Shown here one piece after another: positions 1 through 11,459 of a stretch of DNA of 64,000 nucleotides. The notes under the pieces were generated by a model. That model made no database searches and was not told the origin of the DNA. It was given only the letters and a program-made list of their open reading frames with translations. Within the stretch, counting starts at the first letter, position 1, and every line of letters starts with the position of its first letter. Location of the stretch: assembly GCA_004431415.1 (NCBI GenBank), contig QPMI01000686.1, positions 35,478 to 99,477 of the forward strand, in the 5' to 3' direction. The DNA comes from Cyanophora paradoxa CCMP329. Its lineage: Eukaryota; Plantae; Glaucophyta. The position numbers were made by a program, and so were the translations under genes.

Positions 1-29
1 CGCGCGCCTGGCATCTCAACCGCTTGGCC

Positions 30-1910
30 ATGGAGTCCGCCATCGCCCGCTTCGTGAAGGAGCCTTGCTTGGCAAAATTGGCTGGTGTAAATCCTGTACC
101 CGCAGAAATGGAGCACGCGTTCATCCCCACGCCTCCGGCGCCCGTAGCGTCGCGGCGGACGCTCGTTGGACATGGTAGCACCCCGATTGCTTCGCCGCGC
201 GCCCAACCAGCACCGCGTCAGCCGGCGCCCGCCGGATTTTGGTGCACGAGCGCGGCCAGCGATCGGCGCATGGAGGCGGTCTCTGCGCCCTCTACAAGCA
301 GTGCTAGTCGGAGGCGATTTATAGCAGCGGTCGGGGGAGCGATCGCCGCTGTTGCGCTGCCCGCGATGACACCTTCAGCTTCTTCAGCGGAACTTGCGGT
401 CGGCGAGCGCGAGTACATCAGCGCCGAGGTGGAGAGGCTAGCAAGGCAGGGAGCCGCGGCCTTCAATGCCAAGTACGCCCCCCTCGCCCGCACGGCACAG
501 CCCCGCGTACGCGCACGCTGACGTTGCACGTGCGCCTCGCAGGGACTTCGCCAAGGCTGAGGCGGCGTGGACTAAGGTCATTGGTACGCAATCAACTCTA
601 TACGCAACAAGCCGCTCCCGCGCAGGCGCCGCGGCGCGACCGCCCGGCCGCCGGCGCCAGCGCTAGCTGCAGATCTTGCGCGTGCGGCGCGGCCGGGCTC
701 ACGCGCCGCTGACCGGAGGGCCCGCAGAGCTCATGCCGAACAACACGCTCGCGTGGCGGAACCGCGGGGACGCGCGGCTCGACCGGAAGGACTTTGCGGG
801 GGCCCTCGCGGACTACGAGGAGGCCATCCGCCTCTCGCCCTCCTCCATGCCCGACCTCTACGTCGGCCGCGGCCTCGCCTACGAGGGTGAGGCTAGGGCC
901 TGTTTGCAAGCGCGCGCCCAAGCCCGCGCTGACGCGCCCCCCGCAGGCGTCGACCGCTTTGACAAGGCGCGGGACGACTACACCACGGCCCTGCAGCTGC
1001 GGGTGCGCCGCGCGGCGCCGTGCCCGGCCGAGCTCCCCCGAGTGGAGCGTCCGCAGGAAGAGGCGGTGGATCCCGTCGCGCTGGTGTACCGCGGCAACGC
1101 GAGCGGCTCGCTCGGCGACTGGGCCGCCGCCGAGGCCGACTACATCGTGCGCTCTGCCAGGCTCTTCCGGGGGGGGCCGCGCCCGCGCCTCCAGCTCCAG
1201 TCCCTGACGCCAAAGGGGTCCCTACAGAAAGCCGAGGAGATCTTCTCGGGGGCGCGGTACGAGGACGCCGCGACGACGTGCCGAGCCAACCAGGCGAGCG
1301 GGCCAGCGAGCATGGGGCCAGGCCGGGCCAGGCAAGGCTGACCTTCAGGTGGGGCGGGGCAGGCTCTGGCGGTGTACGAGCAGGGGAGGCGCGAGGAGAG
1401 CATCCGCCTGATGAAGTCAGTCATCAGGTACCCCCCTTCGCCGTGCCCCGCCCCGCCCCGAGAGGGCTCCCCGGCGCCGCCCCCGAGCAGAGCCGCTGAG
1501 CGCGTGCGCAGGAGAGACCCGGGCTTCGCGGACATGCGGATCGCGCTGGCGGCGGCCTCGTGGCGGGACGAGGACTACGCGGAGTCCATCAAGCAGTGGG
1601 CGCGCCCGCAGCCGCCCCACCCTAGCTCCCCCGCCACCCCTCCGCTTTGGTCGAAGCCTCACACGAGGGCGCTCGCAGGATTTCAGCTGCGACAACATCA
1701 AGGTCGGCTGCTCCAAGTACCGCGACATGGACTGGGTGCGCGGCCTGAGCGCTCTGCGCTCTGGGGGGCCGCGTGCACGCGACCGCGAGCTTGAGGCTGA
1801 TCGGCAGCCGCGCCGTACTCCGGTGCCAGGTTCGGAGGATACGGAGGTGGCCCCCCAGCCTGGCGAACGATCTCGAGAGGTTCTTGGCGGAGAAGGCGGG
1901 GGCAAAGTAG
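30..1910 (+). CDS. Plastid-targeted TPR-repeat protein (cyanobacterial/plant TPR family ending in ...RRWPP...), about 10 exons
   Basis: Spliced reading: DFAKAEAAWTKVI-ELMPNNTLAWRNRGDARLDRKDFAGALADYEEAIRLSP...DPVALVYRGNASGSLGDWAAAEADY...RRDPGFADMRIALAAASW...KYRDMDWVRRIRRWPPSLANDLERFL, TAG at 1908-1910. Ser/Ala/Arg-rich N-terminus; start is ATG 30 or ATG 108 (MEHAF). Two introns use GC donors. Confidence 0.8.
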
Positions 1911-2421
1911 CGCCGCCCTTCCGATTGCGCAGCACTGCAGCTCTAGCTGTTGTCACTTCGTGTGTAAAGCAGGGAGCAGACACCAACCCATGACCGGTGC
2001 CCATGACCAGAGTGCTGAGCGGAACCGCACAATAATCACTGTACTCCAACACGCGCGCACGAGCTTACATGGGACAATGAAGAAAAGGGGAGCAGAGGCC
2101 GGAGGGTCTGCCTGCTAGAAGTACGAGCACTTCATACGACTAGCGAACGAGCTGGAAGGATATGAACAGGTTCAAGGCCCGGAACCAGGGAGGCGAGGAC
2201 GGAAAGGAACCACCGGTCCGAACGGAAGGGGAATGCACGGGGCAGTGGGAAGCCGGGGAAGCTCGGACCGGCAGGTGCACAGCCAGCCGGAGAGGAGACA
2301 CGACTAGACGTGCGAAGAGAACCGCATCCGACGCTCGCCGAGGAGGGGAAAGGAGGCGACTGACGACGGAGCGGTGGCGAGGGAGAACTAGGGATTCCTC
2401 TCAGCACCGGACGCCGGCCGC

Positions 2422-3248
<827 letters not shown>

Positions 3249-4134
3249 GTTGAATGTGTGGATGGGCGGACTGCGGAGGCCGGTGAGCCTGGGAGGCGGC
3301 TGGCGGGAACTGTGGCGCACCGGAAAACTTTGGGGGAGGAAGAATGCTGTGGGGGTACAGACGGTTCGAGGACACGACACGTACCCGGTGTCGGCGCCGG
3401 CGAGAAGCTCGAATTGAAGGAAACAGCTCGCGCGAGCACGGTGTGCGAGTGCGATGCCAGTGAGTGGCGCCGCGATGAGAGGCTACGTATACTGCTCCGC
3501 CGTTAGGAGGAAGGGAACGCGCGACGCGAGCGCCGCGGCGCCGGCGCCGGCGCCCGTACGCCGCGGCGCGTGTACGTGGTCCGGCGGCGCCATATATATG
3601 CATGGGCTGACGCTGTAGCTCAGCAGCGATAGCTATAGCTATAGCGCCTGCGGCAATGCGCTGCGCCGCACGCTGTTCACGTCGACGTCAGGTACGTACG
3701 CGATATGCAAGTAGAATTCGAATTGCAAGTAGTCTACGCCGCACGCTGTTCACGTCAAAATATGCGTATACGTAGAATTGCAAGTATACGTAGTCTACAG
3801 CTAGCTAACTATATAGAAGCATAAATACTTATAATTACCATCATCGCTTTGTCATACTATGATCAAACGTTTCAATCTGTACCTAACTAAAGTACTAGTA
3901 CGAAATTCAATTGCGTAGCTCGGCAATGGAGGGGCATACATTGAAATAGGGCGACAGCATCGCCCGAGCAAATAAGAGGCGGGCGCCCCGCGCGGTTTAC
4001 TTGGGCGGGGCGCCCCTGGCCTCGGGCGAAGGAGGGGGGGGGGGGGAGGGGAGGAGGAATGAGGAATTCGGGGTGTCCTGACTACCATAGCTTACAGGGT
4101 GGCGGCGAGCCATGCCGGGCGGGCCGGGGGATGA

Positions 4135-5952
4135 TCAGTGGACCATGGCGGGCCCGGGGCGGACGGGGCTCGTGCCCTCGCGCATCTTGGCGGCCTCGCG
4201 GGCGACCTCGGGGGAGAGCTTGCGCAGGATGTACTCGTTGATCGCCGGCCCGACCGAGGTGCGGTAGCCGGTGCCCGAGCCGATGAGCAGCGCCGGCTCG
4301 AAGTAGGGGTTGGAGCGGCCCTTGTAGAAGTCCTGGTACGTCGTGTGCCGCGCCGCCATCGAGTCGCCGGCGCCCATCGAGAGCGGCACCGAGCTCTTGA
4401 ACGTCCGCGACGTCGTGTGCTCCGCCGCCTTCGGCTGCCCCGCCGTCTCCGCCCCCGCCGGCGTGAAGTTCCCCGTGTACTCCGTCCGAGGCCTGCCCGC
4501 ACCCCCCGCCGCCCGTCAGCCACGCGCAGCGAACGCGGGCGGCTTCGCGGCAAGGCGCACCAGGGGTACTTGTAGCTCTGGGCGGCCCGCATCAGCTCGG
4601 ACTTCTCCTTGGGGAGGAGGACCCTGCGGGTGGGGGGGGGGGGGGCACGGGTCGGAACGGGGCGGCGGGGGCGGGCGGGGCGGGCGCCGGGGCGGGCGGG
4701 GCGGGCGCGGGGGCGCACTTGATGTCGTCGGCGAAGGCGGCGCGGCTGGGCTCGCCCCCGGGGCCGAGCTGGGGGATGGCGCGCGTGCCCCCGTCCGTGG
4801 GCATGATGTGCCAGTTGGTCCCCTGCGCGTACTGCGGGTCCGTGCCGCGGGAGCCACGCATGTGCGTCGCCACCGCCCCGTGGAAGCGCGAGTAGGTCGA
4901 GCTCAGGTTCGGGTCGGCGGGGAGGAGCGTCTGCATCGCCGAGTCCAGGTGCTTCCGCGCCTTGGGGCCCTTCCGCGAGAGCGCGCCCTGGCCCGTCGGC
5001 ACCGACTGCGGCCGCGTCTGCCGGGCGCCGGCGCGTCAGCGGGGCGCGGGCGGAGGGGCCGGGGTCCCTCTCGCCTTCTCGAGCATGGCGCGGCGCTTGG
5101 CCTCGGCGTGCCGGCGGATGCGCTCCAGGTCCGAGGGCGTCTCGGGGCGCGTCTTCGGGAACTCCAGGCAGTACGGCTGCGCGCGGGCACCCGCCCCGCA
5201 TCGGACCCGGATCGCGCCGGGTGGGATCGAGCCGGGCGCACCTCCTCGCGCTCCTCGTGGTAGGCGCTCTTGCGGGGCGGGCGGTACTCGTCGACGTACT
5301 CGCTCTCGTTCTTCTTCTTGAGCACGTGGAAGGCGCACATCGTCTGGAAGTAGCTCTCCTTCAGCTCCGCGTCCCGCTCCTCCTTGCTCTTGTCCCGCTG
5401 CTCCGCCCACGCCTCGCACTTCGGGCGGTCCCCGGGCCTCACGATCGCGTCCACGTACGGCCGCGTCATCCGTTGCTGCGCGCAGCGCCCGGTTCAGCGG
5501 CCTGGAGCGAATAGAGCCTGCCCTAGCAGGACTCCGGGAGGATGGGGTTTGCGCACGTAGTTTGGCCTCACGAGGCCGGCGGCATGGTCGGGTTCGCCGA
5601 ATGCGCCCCTGGGCCCGGGGCGTCGGTGGCGATACTCGGATCAAGACAGGCCCCTGACGCACCGGTACTCGGAGAGGCGGGCCCACTTGCGCTCCATCTT
5701 TGAAATCGCCGCCTCCATCTCCTTCTTGCGGCTGGGCCCCGTCACGCGTGTCGCCGGGACGCTGGAGGGCCGCGGGCCACGTTTTTGTGCCTGGAAGCCG
5801 TCGTACACATCGTCGGCCATCTTTCGGTGCAGGCCCGTCGCCGCTGATGTGTCAAAGAACTCATCGATCATCTTCTGCCTATCATCCTGGAAGACTTTGC
5901 TGGGGATCTTCTCCTCCTTTGGCGCCTGTGGGTAATCAGCTGCCACCGTCAT
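4135..5952 (-). CDS. Hypothetical multi-exon protein with SAXO/Mn-like motifs; putative ciliary microtubule inner protein
   Basis: Coding-like segments bounded by GT..AG: MTVAADYPQ...LSEYR; KKKNESEYVDEYRPP; LSSTYSRFHG; ARHTTYQDFYKG. The exon structure is only partly resolved. Confidence 0.5.
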
Positions 5953-6289
5953 TTCTGTGAAGCCCGATGCGGGCTGCTGCTGAAAACGGGCTCTTAAGAT
6001 TGCTGGAATGTCTTAGCTAAAGGTCCCGGGCGGACCCGCCTCGCGGCTCGGGCGTCTTCTTGGTCGGGCGAGGGCGCTCGGCTAGCTCGGTTAATCTAGC
6101 TCTGCCGGGGTGGGGTTGAGGAGTTGTGACTTCAGCCACCGGAAGCTCAGCAAGGCTGCAGCCGGTGCCGTGGCGCGCTAGCTAGACTTGTGAAAGGATA
6201 CGTTGCGTGGACAAAGTTAGCCGAGGTATCTGTAGCCCCCCTCCGCCCTAACCCCCCTCAACTTCATCATAGGCCGTGTAGCGTTCGAC

Positions 6290-8504
6290 ATGGCGTTCAC
6301 CGTCGCCCCCGCCCCCGCGAAGCTTAGCACAGGCGTTTCGGCTTTCGCCGGCGTCCACAGCAACCGGTCCTTCTTCACGGGCCGGGCGCGCGCGGCGGCG
6401 AAGCCGGCGGCGGCCCCGGCACAGACGACGCGCTTCTTCTTCGTCGATGGTAAGCACGTGGATCGTCTGCAGTCCGGGAGGCCGCGGCTTGCGTTGGGCT
6501 GACCTGCCTGCGCGCGCGCACCGGGGCCCCGCAGCCAAGAAGGTCCTCGTCGTCAACACCGAGTCCGGTGGCCATGCATTCATTGGTGGTACGTTACGTA
6601 TCCGTCGCACGCCGGGCCTAGCGGCGCGCCGCTCGGCCGAACCGCGCTTCGCCGCTCGGCCTGACCGCACCCGCTGACGCTTCGGATTCCGCGCAGACTA
6701 CCTCGCCGCGGATCTCGTCAACGCCGGCCACGAGGTTGTGTTCTTCAAGAAGGCGCGCCCGCTCGCTCGCCGCCTGCGCCCCTAGCCGCCCGCCGCTTGC
6801 GCCCGTCTGAGCGGCGCGGCGCAGGGCAGCAAGCCGGCTACCCGCAAGCTCCCGGGCCAGTCCGATGCGGACTTCAAGAAGGTCGAGTCGGCGCTCACCG
6901 TGCTCAAGGGCGATCCCTCGAGCGCGGACGAGCTCAAGGCCGCCCTCGCCTCGTACAGCTTCGACGTCGTCGTCGACAACAACGGCAAGGCGCGCCGCCA
7001 CCGCCGCGCTCCCCTGCACTTCGACTCTCAAACCCGAAATCTCAGGACGTACCGGAGACTGAGGCGCTCGTGAACGTGACGAAGCACTCGAAGCCGCACT
7101 TCATCTACGTCAGCTCCGCCGGCATGTACAAGGTGCCCCGGCCGCCCGCGCCCGCGCTCGCGCCTCGCCATCCCAGCCGCGCTTCGAGCTTAAGCGCGCG
7201 GCGAGCAGACGAACGCGTACGGCGAGATGCCCCACAAGGAGGGCGACACCGTCGACACCAAGTCCTCCAAGGTAGCCGCGCCCCCGCGCGCGCCGCGCGC
7301 GTACCCCGAGGAAGGCTGATCCTGTACCCCCGCAGTTCCTCGCGGAGGAGATGCTGAACGCCTCGGGCCTGCCCGTTACGCACATCCGCCCCGTCTACGT
7401 CTACGGCGCCCTCAACTACCGCGACATCGAGGTATTCGCGTAGCCCCCCAGAGAGAACCGCTGCGCCGGAAGCTGATCCGGTGCCCGCAGGCGTGGTTCT
7501 TCGACCGGATCACCGTACCCTCCCGCGGCACCCCCTCGCGGCCCGGCCGCCCCCGCTGACGCCCCTCGCCCCTCCGCAGAGCGGCCGGCCCGTGCCCATC
7601 CCCGGCTCGGGTGCTCAGGTGCCGGCGCCCCCTCCTCCACCGCCTCCCGTGCCCGCCCAACCGCGCCGGCGCAGATCACGAACCTGGGCCACGTGTCGGA
7701 CATGTCGGGGGCGATCATGGCGGCGATCAACAAGGGCGAGGCCGCCGCCGGCGAGGTTTTCAACATGAGCGGTGCCCCGCCCCGGCCCCCGCCCTGCCCC
7801 CGGGGCTCCCATCTGACCTCGCTGCCCTCGCGCGCGGCGCAGGGCGGAAGTGGACGACGCTGAACGCGCTGGCGAAGCTGTGCGCCGAGGCGGCCGGCGT
7901 CGAGGACGTCAAGATCGTCAACTACGACTCCAAGAAGTTCTGTGCGCGCCTCCTTGTTTGCCCGGGCTTCTTCAGCGGCACTCGGAGCGAGAGCGCGGGC
8001 CTGCAGCTCGGCCCTAGAAGAAGGCCGCAGCTCACACCCCCCCCTCCCGCTAGAAGCGGCGCAGAAGAGCTCCTGCGCCCGCGGCGCCGGGCCCCGCGCT
8101 CTCTCGCGCGCGAGTGCTCCTGACGCCCCCCCGCAGCGTTCGGCAAGGGCAAGGCCTTCCCCCTCCGCGAGAAGCACTTCTTCGTCGACACCGACAAGGT
8201 GGCGCCTAACCCGCTCCCCCCCTCCCCCCCCCCGCCGTCCCCCGTGCCCCCTCTCCTCCCCTCACCCTCTCCGCGCCGCACGCGCAGGCGAACCGGAAGC
8301 TCGGCTGGGACGAGAAGGTGGGCCTCAAGAAGGGCCTCGCCGAGTCCTTCGCCGCGTACAAGGTCGTTCTTTTGCATTCGAATTCGACTTCAAGTTCGTG
8401 TTGAATCTGGTCTGACGCGCGTCTCCCCGTGTCTGCCGCAGGCGGCCGGCCGCCCCGCGAAGATCGATTTCGCGATCGACGACGAGATCCTCGGCTCGGC
8501 GTAA
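6290..8504 (+). CDS. CSP41A: Chloroplast stem-loop binding protein 41a (atypical SDR/NAD-epimerase fold), many exons
   Basis: Transit peptide MAFTVAPAPAKLSTGVSAFAG; KKVLVVNTESGGHAFIG (CSP41a-type motif); FDVVVDNNGK; HFIYVSSAGMYK; WFFDRI; RPVPIPGSG; GKAFPLREKHFF; DFAIDDEILGSA*, TAA at 8502-8504. Confidence 0.9.
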
Positions 8505-8914
8505 GGGGCTCGCTCCCGACTCGCTGCCGGCCCGCCGGCCCCGCGCTCCCTGAGCTATAGGGGGAGCCCGGGGCCCGGCGGCCGCGCCCCTTTTTGGTTC
8601 GGCTTGCTAGTAGGCCACCCTGTACTCTATCGATCGGCGCCGAGTGCGTTGTTGAGTTCTTTGAATCGCGTATATGTAGCGTCTTGGCCGCTTGTGCTAG
8701 CGCTCGCGGGGCCGACCGCGCGGGATGCGATGTGAGCTCGCGGCCGCGGAGGCCTGCGCGTGCTGCCGGCGCAGAGGGGCGGCCGGCGTGCCTTGTGGGG
8801 GCGCGCGCTAGCGACGATTCGACGATGCATATGACTGGTGCTGTTGAAACACGGCTGGCACATTGTACGTATGAGATATCGATCGAATGCATGGGTGCGC
8901 GAAAAGCATGAAGC

Positions 8915-10755
8915 TCATTGAGGCACGGCCTCGGCGGGGGCGGCGGCCGGGGCGGCCTCCGCGGGGGCGGCGGCCGGGGCGGCCTCCGCGGGGGCGGCGG
9001 GAGCCGCCTCTGCAGGGGCCGCGGGGGCCGCCTCGGCAGGGGTAGCGGCCGCCTCGGCGGGGGCGGCAGCGGGGCGGCCGACTCGACCGGCGTGATAGCG
9101 TACTGACCGACGGCGGCAGCGTCGGCGGCGGCGGCGGCGGCGTCGGCGGGGGCGACGGCGGCGTCGGCGGGTGCGGCGGCGTATTGGGCGTGCGCGGCGT
9201 CGACGGGGGCGGCTGCCGCGTACTGGGCGGCGGCGGCGTCGACCGGGGCGGCCGCGTGTTGCGCGAGGGCGGCGTCGGCGGGGGCGGCGTCGGCGGCGGC
9301 GGCGGCGGCGTACTGCGCGTGCGCGCCGTCGGCCGGGGCGTAGTGCGCCGCCTCGGGGGGGAAGTGGCCGTAGGCGATCTCGGAGAGGGAGGTCGCGGTG
9401 GGGAAGCCGTGCGTGGGCGGCAGCGGGTAGTTGCCGGGGCGGATCATGAGGAAGACCTGCCCGTACCCCGCGTCCCGCGCCGCGATCGCCTCGGGGTACA
9501 TGTCCGTCGCGAAGACGAGGCGGTGCTTCTCGGCGGCGGCGCCGAGCGCGTGTGCGATCTTGTCGTAGCTCGAGGCGAGGTTCTTGGGCCCGATCGTCGT
9601 CAGGTCGAAGTGGCCGCGCAGGTACGGCAGCAGGTCCCCCGCCGTGCTGTGCCCGAAGAGGAGCTGCTGGGCGTGGACGCTCCCCGACGAGTAGATGTAC
9701 ACCGACACCTGCTTCTCCACCCACCGCCCGATCGCCTGCCCCGCCCCGCCCCGCCCCGCTCGGCCCCCCGCGCCGGCCCCCGGCGCGCGGCGCGCGGCGG
9801 ACCTGCGGCACGTCCTCGTATACCTCCCCCTTGATCGCCCCCGAGCTGTACCCCTCCTGCCAGATCTTGCCCTGCAGGCTGCGCGCCCCCACGGCTGATC
9901 AGTCGCGGCGGGGCGGGGGCGGGGGCGGGGGCGGGCGGCGGGGCACCTTTTGAGACCGACGGTCTTCTTGTTGTGTTGTATCTCCCACTCGATGCGGACT
10001 ATCGCCGCCTCGAACACAGCTGGGTCCTCCAGCGCCCCCGCCGGGATCTGGGGCGTGTCCTGGCCGGCCGCCAGCTCCGACTCCGCTGCGCGCCCACCCC
10101 GCCGTCAGCGCCCCGCCGAAGCCCGGGGTCGTGGGTCGGAGGGCGGGCCCGCGGGGCTGCCCAGGCGCACCTTGCGCGCGGATCTGCTCGACGTCGGTGC
10201 GAACGGCGGGCTCCGCGATGTGCGCGAGGAGGTACTGCCGCAGGTGCTGCTTCGCGTACGGGAAGAGTGTGTTCTCAACGAACGTGATCGGCGTCGTTGT
10301 CCCCTGCCGCCCGCTCAGCGCCGCCCGCCCGCCGGGCCGCCGCGAACCCCGCACCTCAATGTCGAGGATGACCGCAAGCGGGCCTGCCATCGCCATCGGC
10401 TGCACCGGGACCGACGGCGCTCCTGTAGCGTGGTACATGTGACCGTAGGGCGCCGGCGCGGGCTCCGGCCTGCCCCCTAGTCAAGCGAATCAAAAGCCGC
10501 CGCCGCGGGAAACCATACGCACGGCTGGCCGCCGTTGTAGGAGGCGCCGGTGGAGCGTTTCTTCTTTGGCTTCGGTGCGGGCATATCGTCGCTGTCGTCT
10601 TCACCCCGGGAGTTGTCGAGGTCCTTCTTCAGCTCCTCCACGAAGGGATTCGGCTTGCGCGGCCTGGTGGAGTACCTCCTGCCACCAGGCGAGACCAGCT
10701 CGTTCCCGGAAGATGCGAATTCGCCGCTCGGCGCGCTATCTTCGCTGCCTGCCAT
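8915..10755 (-). CDS. ENOPH1: Enolase-phosphatase E1 (acireductone synthase, HAD family) with N-terminal NLS-bearing extension and Ala-rich repeat tail
   Basis: AVILDIE-GTTTPITFV..LFPYA; LK-SLQGKIWQEGY; VYIYSSGSVHAQQLLFGHS; RPGN. An upstream exon from ATG 10755 splices in frame (CC|G) into PEPAPAPYGHMYH. There is one apparent frameshift in the tail. Confidence 0.9.
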
Positions 10756-11459
10756 CCTCGCTCAGAAAGTTCGTGACCAGCTTGGGGACTCTCCCAGCGA
10801 ATCAGCGATCTTTCGCCGCCCCGCCTGACTAGCCGCTAACGCGCTAACGCTCGACGATGCGGTTTTCGCGGACAGCAAGAGATCTGACGGGTACGGAGCG
10901 CGCTATGCAGGCAACTGTACCCCGCTAGCCAGGAGATCAAATTCCGCTAACGATAGATAGCTCGACATCGCCGGCGCATATGCATTCACAGCTATGAAGA
11001 TATTTTGTTATCGCCCATGCATGCGCACACTCGCAGGCATCGATACCATCGAACTCTGGCCAGGGCGCTCGAGCTCGCGCCCCCAAACTCGCCATGGCCA
11101 TGGCCAAACCGTTACTAAGTTAACTAGTTCTCGCCGCGCCGCGCGAGTACATGCCGCCGCGCCAGCGAGTAGTACAGCGCGCGAGTACTCGCGCCAGCGA
11201 GCTTCCGAGTTCGCGTACGTATACGTCTTCGAAGTTGGACGTCGACTGCCGGCGCCGCGCATTGCAGCAGTGCGCCATATGCATGCGGCTGCCACGTCTC
11301 CCAGCATCGATATCCGATGATCACGCTCGACATCTTTGCTTCACCGAGTCCTTCCCTGCCCGTCAGGGAAGGCGCGGTTTCAAATTGGGCAGACCAAGGC
11401 GAGGCCGACGGGGCCCCATGCATTTCGAACGCATCGCGGAGCCGCAGGGGTCGGCTAGG

